Positions 31,400 through 47,107 of a stretch of DNA of 64,000 bases are shown here, one piece after another. Under the pieces are notes generated by a model. It had not been told where the DNA came from, ran no database searches, and saw only the letters and a program-made list of their open reading frames with translations. Numbering within the stretch: position 1 is the first letter of the stretch; each line of letters starts with the position of its first letter. The stretch comes from Paragordius varius (lineage: Eukaryota; Animalia; Nematomorpha), in NCBI GenBank assembly GCA_964247055.1, contig OZ176052.1, positions 6,882,001 through 6,946,000 on the forward strand, written 5' to 3'. The position numbers and the translations under genes are program-made.

Positions 31400-34300
31400 C
31401 AACAATCAACCATATATTTTCAACAATTAAATTATATCACCATTAATATTTTAGTCTTTCCAACAATCAATCAAATATTTTCAACAATCAATATGTATTA
31501 CCCATTAATATTTTAGTCTTTCCAACAATCAACCATATATTTTCAACAATTATATTATATCACCATTAATATTTTAGTCTTTCCAACAATCAATCAAATA
31601 TTTTCAACAATCAATATGTATTACCCATCAATATTTTAGTCTTTTCAACAATCAAACATATATTTTAAACAAACAAATTATATCACCCAGTAATATTTTA
31701 GTATTTCCAACAATCAACCAAATATTTTCAACAAATATGTATTACCCATAATATTTTAGTCTTTCGAACAATCAACCATATATATTCAACAATCAAATTA
31801 TATCACCATTAATATTTTAGTCTTTCCAACAATCAACCATATATTTTCAACAATCAATATGTATTACCCATTAATATTTTAGTTTTTTCAACAATCAACC
31901 ATATATTTTCAACAATCAAATTATATCACCCATTTATATTTTAGTATTTCCAACAATCAACCAAATATTTTCAACAATCAATATGTATTACCCATTAATA
32001 TTTTAGTCTTTCCAACAATCAACCATATATTTTCAACAATAAATATGGTTTACCCATTAATATTTTAGTCTTTACAACAATCAACCATATATTTTCAATA
32101 ATCAATATGTATTACCCATTAATATTTAAGTCTTTTCAACAATCAACCAAATATTTTCAACAATCAATATGTATTACCCATTAATATTTTAGTTTTTTCA
32201 ACAATCAACCAAATATTTTCAACAATCAAATTATATCACCCATTAATATTTTAGTATTTCCAACAATCAACCAAATATTTTCAACAATCAATATGTATTA
32301 CCCATTAATATTTTAGTCTTTCCAACAATCAACCATATATTTTCAACAATAAATATGGTTTACCCATTAATATTTTAGTCTTTACAACAATCAACCATAT
32401 ATTTTCAATAATCAATATGTATTACCCATTAATATTTTAGTCTTTTCAACAATCAACCAAATATTTTCAACAATCAATATGTATTACCCATTAATATTTT
32501 AGTATTTCCAACAATCAACCAAATATTTTCAACAATCAAATTATATCACCATTAATATTTTAGTCTTTCCAACAATCAACCATATATTTTCAACAACCAA
32601 TATGTATTACCCATTAATATTTTAGTCTTTCCAACAATCAACCAAATATTTTTAACAATCAATATGTATTAACCATTAATATTTTACCCTTTCCAACAAT
32701 CAACCATATACTTTCAACAACCAATATGTATTACCCATTAATATTTTAGTCTTTCCAACAATCAACCAAATATTTTCAACAATCAATATGTATTACCCAT
32801 TAATATTTTAGTCTTTACAACAATCAACAATATATTTGTAATCAAATATTTGCAACAATCATTTTATACCACCCATTTATATTTAATTATTCAAACACAA
32901 CCATATATTTTTAACAATCAAATTATATCACCATTAATATTTTAGTCTTTCCAACAATCAACCATATATTTTCAACAATCAATATGGTTTACCGATTAAT
33001 ATTTTAGTCTTTCCAACAATCAACCATATATTTTCAACAATCAATATGTATTACCCATTAATATTTTAGTCTTTCCAACAATTAACCAAATATTTTCAAC
33101 AATCAATATGTATTACCCATTAATATTTTAGTCTTTCCAACAATTAACCAAATATTTTCAACAATCCATATGTATTTCCCATTAATATTTTAGTCTTTCC
33201 AACAATCAACCATATATTTGTAATCAAATATTTGCAACAATCATTTTATACCACCCATTTATATTTAATTATTCAAACACAACCATATATTTTTAACAAT
33301 CAAATTATATCACCATTAATATTTTAGTCTTTCCAACAATCAACCATATATTTTCAACAATCAATATGGTTTACCGATTAATATTTTAGTCTTTCCAACA
33401 ATCAACCATATATTTTCAACAATCAATATGTATTACCCATTAATATTTTAGTCTTTCCAACAATTAACCAAATATTTTCAACAATCAATATGTATTACCC
33501 ATTAATATTTTAGTCTTTACAACAATCAACAATATATTTTAACAATCAAATTATATCACCTATTAATGTTTTAGTCTTTCCAACAATCAACCATATATTT
33601 GTAAAAATCAAATATTTGCAACAATCATTTTATATCACCCATTTATATTTAATTATTCAAACAATCAACCATATATTTTCAACAATCAATATGTATTACC
33701 CATTAATGTTTTAGCTTTTCCAACAATCACCATATATTTGTAATCAAATATTTGCAACAATCATTTTATACCACCCATTTATATTTAATTAATCAAACAA
33801 TCAACCATATATTTTTAACAATCAAAATTTATCACCATTAATATTTTAGTCTTTCCAACAATCAACCATATATTTTCAACAATCAATATGTATTACCCAT
33901 TAATATTTTAGTTTTTTCAACAATCAACCATATATTTTCAACAATCAAATTATATCACCCATTAATATTTTAGTATTTCCAACAATCAACCAAATATTTT
34001 CAACAATCAATATGTATTACCCATTAATATTTTAGTCTTTCCAACAATCAACCATATATTTTCAACAATTAAATTATATCACCCATTAATATTTTAGTAT
34101 TTCCAACAATCAACCAAATATTTTCAACAATCAATATGTATTACCCATTAATATTTTAGTCTTTCCAACAATCAACCATATATTTTCAACAATTAAATTA
34201 TATCACCATTAATATTTTAGTCTTTCCAACAATCAATCAAATATTTTCAACAATCAATATGTATTACCCATTAATATTTTAGTCTTTCCAACAATCAACC

Positions 34301-36504
34301 ATATATTTTCAACAATTATATTATATCACCATTAATATTTTAGTCTTTCCAACAATCAATCAAATATTTTCAACAATCAATATGTATTACCCATCAATAT
34401 TTTAGTCTTTTCAACAATCAAACATATATTTTAAACAAACAAATTATATCACCCAGTAATATTTTAGTATTTCCAACAATCAACCAAATATTTTCAACAA
34501 ATATGTATTACCCATAATATTTTAGTCTTTCGAACAATCAACCATATATATTCAACAATCAAATTATATCACCATTAATATTTTAGTCTTTCCAACAATC
34601 AACCATATATTTTCAACAATCAATATGTATTACCCATTAATATTTTAGTTTTTTCAACAATCAACCATATATTTTCAACAATCAAATTATATCACCCATT
34701 AATATTTTAGTATTTCCAACAATCAACCAAATATTTTCAACAATCAATATGTATTACCCATTAATATTTTAGTCTTTCCAACAATCAACCATATATTTTC
34801 AACAATAAATATGGTTTACCCATTAATATTTTAGTCTTTACAACAATCAACCATATATTTTCAATAATCAATATGTATTACCCATTAATATTTAAGTCTT
34901 TTCAACAATCAACCAAATATTTTCAACAATCAATATGTATTACCCATTAATATTTTAGTTTTTTCAACAATCAACCAAATATTTTCAACAATCAAATTAT
35001 ATCACCCATTAATATTTTAGTATTTCCAACAATCAACCAAATATTTTCAACAATCAATATGTATTACCCATTAATATTTTAGTCTTTCCAACAATCAACC
35101 ATATATTTTCAACAATAAATATGGTTTACCCATTAATATTTTAGTCTTTACAACAATCAACCATATATTTTCAATAATCAATATGTATTACCCATTAATA
35201 TTTTAGTCTTTTCAACAATCAACCAAATATTTTCAACAATCAATATGTATTACCCATTAATATTTTAGTATTTCCAACAATCAACCAAATATTTTCAACA
35301 ATCAAATTATATCACCATTAATATTTTAGTCTTTCCAACAATCAACCATATATTTTCAACAACCAATATGTATTACCCATTAATATTTTAGTCTTTCCAA
35401 CAATCAACCAAATATTTTTAACAATCAATATGTATTAACCATTAATATTTTACCCTTTCCAACAATCAACCATATACTTTCAACAACCAATATGTATTAC
35501 CCATTAATATTTTAGTCTTTCCAACAATCAACCAAATATTTTCAACAATCAATATGTATTACCCATTAATATTTTAGTCTTTACAACAATCAACAATATA
35601 TTTGTAATCAAATATTTGCAACAATCATTTTATACCACCCATTTATATTTAATTATTCAAACACAACCATATATTTTTAACAATCAAATTATATCACCAT
35701 TAATATTTTAGTCTTTCCAACAATCAACCATATATTTTCAACAATCAATATGGTTTACCGATTAATATTTTAGTCTTTCCAACAATCAACCATATATTTT
35801 CAACAATCAATATGTATTACCCATTAATATTTTAGTCTTTCCAACAATTAACCAAATATTTTCAACAATCAATATGTATTACCCATTAATATTTTAGTCT
35901 TTCCAACAATTAACCAAATATTTTCAACAATCCATATGTATTTCCCATTAATATTTTAGTCTTTCCAACAATCAACCATATATTTGTAATCAAATATTTG
36001 CAACAATCATTTTATACCACCCATTTATATTTATTATTCAAACACAACCATATATTTTTAACAATCAAATTATATCACCATTAATATTTTAGTCTTTCCA
36101 ACAATCAACCATATATTTTCAACAATCAATATGGTTTACCGATTAATATTTTAGTCTTTCCAACAATCAACCATATATTTTCAACAATCAATATGTATTA
36201 CCCATTAATATTTTAGTCTTTCCAACAATTAACCAAATATTTTCAACAATCAATATGTATTACCCATTAATATTTTAGTCTTTACAACAATCAACAATAT
36301 ATTTTAACAATCAAATTATATCACCTATTAATGTTTTAGTCTTTCCAACAATCAACCATATATTTGTAAAAATCAAATATTTGCAACAATCATTTTATAT
36401 CACCCATTTATATTTAATTATTCAAACAATCAACCATATATTTTCAACAATCAATATGTATTACCCATTAATGTTTTAGCTTTTCCAACAATCACCATAT
36501 ATTT
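31400..36504 (+). repeat. Near-tandem duplication, offset 2765-2766 bp
   Basis: CGAAC 31765/34531; insertion monomers 32838/35604, 33220/35986 and 33601/36366. Confidence 0.85.
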
Positions 36505-37269
36505 TCAACAATCAATATGTATTACCCATTAATATTTTAGTCTTTTCAACAATCAACCATATATTTTCAACAATCAAATTATATCTCCCATTAATATTTT
36601 AGTTTTTTCAACAATCAACCATATATTTTCAACAATCAATATGGTTTACCCATTAATATTTTAGTCTTTACAACAATCAACCATATATTTTCAACAATTA
36701 AATTATATCACCATTAATATTTTAGTCTTTCCAACAATCAACCATATATTTGTAATCAAATATTTGCAACAATCATTTTATACCACCCATTTATATTTAA
36801 TTAATCAAACAATCACCCATATATTTTTAACAATCAAAATTTATCACCATTAATATTTTAGTCTTTCCAACAATCAACCATATATTTTCAACAATCAATA
36901 TGTATTACCCATTAATATTTTAGTCTTTCCAACAATCAACCATATATTTTCAACAATTAAATTATATCACCATTAATATTTTAGTCTTTCCAACAATCAA
37001 CCATATATTTTCAACAATCAATATGTATTACCCATTAATATTTTAGTCTTTCCAACAATCAACAATATAATTTCAACAATCAATATGTATTACCCATTAA
37101 TATTTTAGTTTTTCCAACAATCAACCAAATATTTTCAACAATCAATATGTATTACCCATTAATATTTTAGTTTTTTCAACAATCAAACATATTTTCAACA
37201 ATCAATATGGTTTACCCATTAATATTTTAGCCTTTACAACAATCAACCATATATTTTCAACAATTAAAT

Positions 37270-40010
37270 TATATCACCATTAATATTTTAGTCTTTCCAA
37301 CAATCAACCATATATTTGTAATCAAATATTTGCAACAATCATTTTATACCACCCATTTATATTTAATTAATCAAACAATCAACCATATATTTTTAACAAT
37401 CAAAATTTATCACCATTAATATTTTAGTCTTTCCAACAATCAACCATATATTTTCAACAATCAATATATTTTACCCATTAATATTTTAGTCTTTGCAACA
37501 ATCAACCATATATTTTCAACAATTAAATTATATCACCATTAATATTTTAGTCTTTCCAACAATCAACCAAATATTTTTAACAATCAATATGTATTAACCA
37601 TTAATATTTTAGCCTTTCCAACAATCAACCATATATTTTTAACAATCAAAATTTATCACCATTAATATTTTAGTCTTTCCAACAATCAACCATATATTTT
37701 CAACAATAAATATGGTTTACCCATTAATATTTTAGTCTTTACAACAATCAACCATATATTTTCAATAATCAATATGTATTACCCATTAATATTTTAGTCT
37801 TTTCAACAATCAACCAAATATTTTCAACAATCAATATGTATTACCCATTAATATTTTAGTATTTCCAACAATCAACCAAATATTTTCAACAATCAAATTA
37901 TATCACCATTAATATTTTAGTCTTTCCAACAATCAACCATATATTTTCAACAACCAATATGTATTACCCATTAATATTTTAGTCTTTCCAACAATCAACC
38001 AAATATTTTTAACAATCAATATGTATTAACCATTAATATTTTACCCTTTCCAACAATCAACCATATACTTTCAACAATCAAATTATATCACCATTAATAT
38101 TTTAGTCTTTCCAACAATCAACCATATATTTTCAACAATCCATATGTATTTCCCATTAATATTTTAGTCTTTCCAACAATCAACCATATATTTGTAATCA
38201 AATATTTGCAACACTCATTTTATACCACCCATTTATATTTAATTATTCAAACACAACCATATATTTTTAACAATCAAATTATATCACCATTAACATTTTA
38301 GTCTTTCCAACAATCAACCATATATTTTCAACAATCAATATGGTTTACCCATTAATATTTTAGTCTTTCCAACAATCAACCAAATATTTTCAACAATCAA
38401 TATGTATTACCCATTATTAGTCTTTTCAACAATAAACCATATATTTTCAACAATCAAATTATATCTCCCATTAATATTTTAGTTTTTTCAACAATCAACC
38501 ATATATTTTCAACAATCAATATGGTTTACCCATTAATATTTTAGTCTTTACAACAATCAACCATATATTTTCAACAATTAAATTATATCACCATTAATAT
38601 TTTAGTCTTTCCAACAATCAACCATATATTTGTAATCAAATATTTGCAACAATCATTTTATACCACCCATTTATATTTAATTAATCAAACAATCAACCAT
38701 ATATTTTTAACAATCAAAATTTATCACCATTAATATTTTAGTCTTTCCAACAATCAACCATATATTTTCAACAATCAATATATTTTACCCATTAATATTT
38801 TAGTCTTTGCAACAATCAACCATATATTTTCAACAATTAAATTATATCACCATTAATATTTTAGTCTTTCCAACAATCAACCAAATATTTTTAACAATCA
38901 ATATGTATTAACCATTAATATTTTAGCCTTTCCAACAATCAACCATATATTTTTAACAATCAAAATTTATCACCATTAATATTTTAGTCTTTCCAACAAT
39001 CAACCATATATTTTCAACAATAAATATGGTTTACCCATTAATATTTTAGTCTTTACAACAATCAACCATATATTTTCAATAATCAATATGTATTACCCAT
39101 TAATATTTTAGTCTTTTCAACAATCAACCAAATATTTTCAACAATCAATATGTATTACCCATTAATATTTTAGTATTTCCAACAATCAACCAAATATTTT
39201 CAACAATCAAATTATATCACCATTAATATTTTAGTCTTTCCAACAATCAACCATATATTTTCAACAACCAATATGTATTACCCATTAATATTTTAGTCTT
39301 TCCAACAATCAACCAAATATTTTTAACAATCAATATGTATTAACCATTAATATTTTACCCTTTCCAACAATCAACCATATACTTTCAACAATCAAATTAT
39401 ATCACCATTAATATTTTAGTCTTTCCAACAATCAACCATATATTTTCAACAATCCATATGTATTTCCCATTAATATTTTAGTCTTTCCAACAATCAACCA
39501 TATATTTGTAATCAAATATTTGCAACAATCATTTTATACCACCCATTTATATTTAATTATTCAAACACAACCATATATTTTTAACAATCAAATTATATCA
39601 CCATTAACATTTTAGTCTTTCCAACAATCAACCATATATTTTCAACAATCAATATGGTTTACCCATTAATATTTTAGTCTTTCCAACAATCAACCAAATA
39701 TTTTCAACAATCAATATGTATTACCCATTATTAGTCTTTTCAACAATAAACCATATATTTTCAACAATCAAATTATATCTCCCATTAATATTTTAGTTTT
39801 TTCAACAATCAACCATATATTTTCAACAATCAATATGGTTTACCCATTAATATTTTAGTCTTTACAACAATCAACCATATATTTTCAACAATTAAATTAT
39901 ATCACCATTAATATTTTAGTCTTTCCAACAATCAACCATATATTTGTAATCAAATATTTGCAACAATCATTTTATACCACCCATTTATATTTAATTAATC
40001 AAACAATCAC
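37270..40010 (+). repeat. Tandem HOR duplication, 1314-bp unit x2
   Basis: TGCAAC variant 37494/38808; insertion monomers 38194/39508 and 38632/39946. Confidence 0.8.
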
Positions 40011-42294
40011 CCATATATTTTTAACAATCAAAATTTATCACCATTAATATTTTAGTCTTTCCAACAATCAACCATATATTTTCAACAATCAATATGTATT
40101 ACCCATTAATATTTTAGTCTTTCCAACAATCAACCATATATTTTCAACAATCAATATGTATTACCCATTAATATTTTAGTGTTTTCAACAATCAAACATA
40201 TATTTTCAACAAACAAATTATATCACCCAGTAATATTTTAGTATTTCCAACAATCAACCAAATATTTTCAAGAAATATGTATTACCCATAATATTTTAGT
40301 CTTTCCAACAATCAACCATATATATTCAACAATCAAATTATATCACCATTAATATTTTAGTCTTTCCAACAATCAACCATATATTTTCAACAATCAATAT
40401 GTATTACCCATCAATATTTTAGTGTTTTCAACAATCAAACATATATTTTCAACAAACAAATTATATCACCCAGTAATATTTTATTATTTTCAACAATCAA
40501 CCAAATATTTTCAACAATCAATATGTATTACCCATCAATATTTTAGTCTTTTCAACAATCAAACATATATTTTCAACAATCAAATTATATCACCATTAAT
40601 ATTTTACTCTTTCCAACAATCAACCATATATTTTCAACAATCAATATGTATTACCCATCAATATTTTAGTGTTTTCAACAATCAAACATATATTTTCAAC
40701 AAACAAATTATATCACCCAGTAATATTTTAGTATTTTCAACAATCAACCAAATATTTTCAAGAAATATGTATTACCCATAATATTTTAGTCTTTCCAACA
40801 ATCAACCATATATATTCAACAATCAAATTATATCACCATTAATATTTTAGTCTTTCCAACAATCAACCATATATTTCAACAATCAAATTATATCACCCAT
40901 TAATATTTTAGTATTTCCAACAATCAACCAAATATTTTCAACAATCAATATGTATTACCCATTAATATTTTAGTTTTTTCAACAATCAACCATATATTTT
41001 CAACAATCAAATTATATCACCCATTAATATTTTAGTATTTCCAACAATCAACCAAATATTTTCAACAATCAATATGTATTACCCATTAATATTTTAGTCT
41101 TTCCAACAATCAACCATATATTTTCAACAATTAAATTATATCACCATTAATATTTTAGTCTTTCCAACAATCAATCAAATATTTTCAACAATCAATATGT
41201 ATTACCCATTAATATTTTAGTCTTTCCAACAATCAACCATATATTTTCAACAATTATATTATATCACCATTAATATTTTAGTCTTTCCAACAATCAATCA
41301 AATATTTTCAACAATCAATATGTATTACCCATCAATATTTTAGTCTTTTCAACAATCAAACATATATTTTAAACAAACAAATTATATCACCCAGTAATAT
41401 TTTAGTATTTCCAACAATCAACCAAATATTTTCAACAAATATGTATTACCCATAATATTTTAGTCTTTCGAACAATCAACCATATATATTCAACAATCAA
41501 ATTATATCACCATTAATATTTTAGTCTTTCCAACAATCAACCATATATTTTCAACAATCAATATGTATTACCCATTAATATTTTAGTTTTTTCAACAATC
41601 AACCATATATTTTCAACAATCAAATTATATCACCCATTAATATTTTAGTATTTCCAACAATCAACCAAATATTTTCAACAATCAATATGTATTACCCATT
41701 AATATTTTAGTCTTTCCAACAATCAACCATATATTTTCAACAATAAATATGGTTTACCCATTAATATTTTAGTCTTTACAACAATCAACCATATATTTTC
41801 AATAATCAATATGTATTACCCATTAATATTTAAGTCTTTTCAACAATCAACCAAATATTTTCAACAATCAATATGTATTACCCATTAATATTTTAGTTTT
41901 TTCAACAATCAACCAAATATTTTCAACAATCAAATTATATCACCCATTAATATTTTAGTATTTCCAACAATCAACCAAATATTTTCAACAATCAATATGT
42001 ATTACCCATTAATATTTTAGTCTTTCCAACAATCAACCATATATTTTCAACAATAAATATGGTTTACCCATTAATATTTTAGTCTTTACAACAATCAACC
42101 ATATATTTTCAATAATCAATATGTATTACCCATTAATATTTTAGTCTTTTCAACAATCAACCATATATTTTCAACAATCAAATTATATCACCCATTAATA
42201 TTTTAGTTTTTTCAACAATCAACCAAATATTTTCAACAATCAAATTATATCACCATTAATATTTTAGTCTTTCCAACAATCAACCATATATTTT

Positions 42295-45200
42295 CAACAA
42301 CCAATATGTATTACCCATTAATATTTTAGTCTTTCCAACAATCAACCAAATATTTTTAACAATCAATATGTATTAACCATTAATATTTTACCCTTTCCAA
42401 CAATCAACCATATACTTTCAACAACCAATATGTATTACCCATTAATATTTTAGTCTTTCCAACAATCAACCAAATATTTTCAACAATCAATATGTATTAA
42501 CCATTAATATTTTACCCTTTCCAACAATCAACCATATACTTTCAACAATCAAATTATATCACCATTAATATTTTAGTCTTTTCAACAATCAACCAAATAT
42601 TTTCAACAATCAATATGTATTACCCATTAATATTTTAGTCTTTCCAACAATCAACCAAATATTTTCAACAATTATATTATATCACCATTAATATTTTAGT
42701 CTTTCCAACAATCAATCAAATATTTTCAACAATCAATATGTATTACCCATCAATATTTTAGTCTTTTCAACAATCAAACATATATTTTAAACAAACAAAT
42801 TATATCACCCAGTAATATTTTAGTATTTCCAACAATCAACCAAATATTTTCAACAAATATGTATTACCCATAATATTTTAGTCTTTCGAACAATCAACCA
42901 TATATATTCAACAATCAAATTATATCACCATTAATATTTTAGTCTTTCCAACAATCAACCATATATTTTCAACAATCAATATGTATTACCCATTAATATT
43001 TTAGTTTTTTCAACAATCAACCATATATTTTCAACAATCAAATTATATCACCCATTAATATTTTAGTATTTCCAACAATCAACCAAATATTTTCAACAAT
43101 CAATATGTATTACCCATTAATATTTTAGTCTTTCCAACAATCAACCATATATTTTCAACAATAAATATGGTTTACCCATTAATATTTTAGTCTTTACAAC
43201 AATCAACCATATATTTTCAATAATCAATATGTATTACCCATTAATATTTTAGTCTTTTCAACAATCAACCAAATATTTTCAACAATCAATATGTATTACC
43301 CATTAATATTTTAGTATTTCCAACAATCAACCAAATATTTTCAACAATCAAATTATATCACCATTAATATTTTAGTCTTTCCAACAATCAACCATATATT
43401 TTCAACAACCAATATGTATTACCCATTAATATTTTAGTCTTTCCAACAATCAACCAAATATTTTTAACAATCAATATGTATTAACCATTAATATTTTACC
43501 CTTTCCAACAATCAACCATATACTTTCAACAACCAATATGTATTACCCATTAATATTTTAGTCTTTTCAACAATCAACCAAATATTTTCAACAATCAATA
43601 TGTATTACCCATTAATATTTTAGTATTTCCAACAATCAACCAAATATTTTCAACAATCAAATTATATCACCATTAATATTTTAGTCTTTTCAACAATCAA
43701 CCAAATATTTTCAACAATCAATATGTATTACCCATTAATATTTTAGTCTTTCCAACAATCAACCAAATATTTTTAACAATCAATATGTATTAACCATTAA
43801 TATTTTACCCTTTCCAACAATCAACCATATACTTTCAACAACCAATATGTATTACCCATTAATATTTTAGTCTTTCCAACAATCAACCAAATATTTTCAA
43901 CAACCAATATGTATTACCCATTAATATTTTAGTCTTTCCAACAATCAACCAAATATTTTTAACAATCAATATGTATTAACCATTAATATTTTACCCTTTC
44001 CAACAATCAACCATATACTTTCAACAACCAATATGTATTACCCATTAATATTTTAGTCTTTCCAACAATCAACCAAATATTTTCAACAATCAATATGTAT
44101 TAACCATTAATATTTTACCCTTTCCAACAATCAACCATATACTTTCAACAATCAAATTATATCACCATTAATATTTTAGTCTTTTCAACAATCAACCAAA
44201 TATTTTCAACAATCAATATGTATTACCCATTAATATTTTAGTCTTTCCAACAATCAACATATATTTTCAACAATTATATTATATCACCATTAATATTTTA
44301 GTCTTTCCAACAATCAATCAAATATTTTCAACAATCAATATGTATTACCCATCAATATTTTAGTCTTTTCAACAATCAAACATATATTTTAAACAAACAA
44401 ATTATATCACCCAGTAATATTTTAGTATTTCCAACAATCAACCAAATATTTTCAACAAATATGTATTACCCATAATATTTTAGTCTTTCGAACAATCAAC
44501 CATATATATTCAACAATCAAATTATATCACCATTAATATTTTAGTCTTTCCAACAATCAACCATATATTTTCAACAATCAATATGTATTACCCATTAATA
44601 TTTTAGTTTTTTCAACAATCAACCATATATTTTCAACAATCAAATTATATCACCCATTAATATTTTAGTATTTCCAACAATCAACCAAATATTTTCAACA
44701 ATCAATATGTATTACCCATTAATATTTTAGTCTTTCCAACAATCAACCATATATTTTCAACAATAAATATGGTTTACCCATTAATATTTTAGTCTTTACA
44801 ACAATCAACCATATATTTTCAATAATCAATATGTATTACCCATTAATATTTTAGTCTTTTCAACAATCAACCAAATATTTTCAACAATCAATATGTATTA
44901 CCCATTAATATTTTAGTATTTCCAACAATCAACCAAATATTTTCAACAATCAAATTATATCACCATTAATATTTTAGTCTTTCCAACAATCAACCATATA
45001 TTTTCAACAACCAATATGTATTACCCATTAATATTTTAGTCTTTCCAACAATCAACCAAATATTTTTAACAATCAATATGTATTAACCATTAATATTTTA
45101 CCCTTTCCAACAATCAACCATATACTTTCAACAACCAATATGTATTACCCATTAATATTTTAGTCTTTTCAACAATCAACCAAATATTTTCAACAATCAA

Positions 45201-47107
45201 TATGTATTACCCATTAATATTTTAGTATTTCCAACAATCAACCAAATATTTTCAACAATCAAATTATATCACCATTAATATTTTAGTCTTTTCAACAATC
45301 AACCAAATATTTTCAACAATCAATATGTATTACCCATTAATATTTTAGTCTTTCCAACAATCAACCAAATATTTTTAACAATCAATATGTATTAACCATT
45401 AATATTTTACCCTTTCCAACAATCAACCATATACTTTCAACAACCAATATGTATTACCCATTAATATTTTAGTCTTTCCAACAATCAACCAAATATTTTC
45501 AACAACCAATATGTATTACCCATTAATATTTTAGTCTTTCCAACAATCAACCAAATATTTTTAACAATCAATATGTATTAACCATTAATATTTTACCCTT
45601 TCCAACAATCAACCATATACTTTCAACAACCAATATGTATTACCCATTAATATTTTAGTCTTTCCAACAATCAACCAAATATTTTCAACAATCAATATGT
45701 ATTAACCATTAATATTTTACCCTTTCCAACAATCAACCATATACTTTCAACAATCAAATTATATCACCATTAATATTTTAGTCTTTTCAACAATCAACCA
45801 AATATTTTCAACAATCAATATGTATTACCCATTAATATTTTAGTCTTTCCAACAATCAACATATATTTTCAACAATTATATTATATCACCATTAATATTT
45901 TAGTCTTTCCAACAATCAATCAAATATTTTCAACAATCAATATGTATTACCCATCAATATTTTAGTCTTTTCAAAAATCAAACATATATTTTAAACAAAC
46001 AAATTATATCACCCAGTAATATTTTAGTATTTCCAACAATCAACCAAATATTTTCAACAAATATGTATTACCCATAATATTTTAGTCTTTCGAACAATCA
46101 ACCATATATATTCAACAATCAAATTATATCACCATTAATATTTTAGTCTTTCCAACAATCAACCATATATTTTCAACAATCAATATGTATTACCCATTAA
46201 TATTTTAGTTTTTTCAACAATCAACCATATATTTTCAACAATCAAATTATATCACCCATTAATATTTTAGTATTTCCAACAATCAACCAAATATTTTCAA
46301 CAATCAATATGTATTACCCATTAATATTTTAGTCTTTCCAACAATCAACCATATATTTTCAACAATAAATATGGTTTACCCATTAATATTTTAGTCTTTA
46401 CAACAATCAACCATATATTTTCAATAATCAATATGTATTACCCATTAATATTTTAGTCTTTTCAACAATCAACCAAATATTTTCAACAATCAATATGTAT
46501 TACCCATTAATATTTTAGTATTTCCAACAATCAACCAAATATTTTCAACAATCAAATTATATCACCATTAATATTTTAGTCTTTCCAACAATCAACCATA
46601 TATTTTCAACAACCAATATGTATTACCCATTAATATTTTAGTCTTTCCAACAATCAACCAAATATTTTTAACAATCAATATGTATTAACCATTAATATTT
46701 TACCCTTTCCAACAATCAACCATATACTTTCAACAACCAATATGTATTACCCATTAATATTTTAGTCTTTTCAACAATCAACCAAATATTTTCAACAATC
46801 AATATGTATTACCCATTAATATTTTAGTATTTCCAACAATCAACCAAATATTTTCAACAATCAAATTATATCACCATTAATATTTTAGTCTTTTCAACAA
46901 TCAACCAAATATTTTCAACAATCAATATGTATTACCCATTAATATTTTAGTCTTTCCAACAATCAACCAAATATTTTTAACAATCAATATGTATTAACCA
47001 TTAATATTTTACCCTTTCCAACAATCAACCATATACTTTCAACAACCAATATGTATTACCCATTAATATTTTAGTCTTTCCAACAATCAACCAAATATTT
47101 TCAACAA
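42295..47107 (+). repeat. Tandem HOR, 1602-bp unit (about 26 monomers) x3
   Basis: CGAAC at 42887, 44489 and 46091 (spacing 1602 and 1602). The CAATTATATT variant recurs in the same register. Confidence 0.88.
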
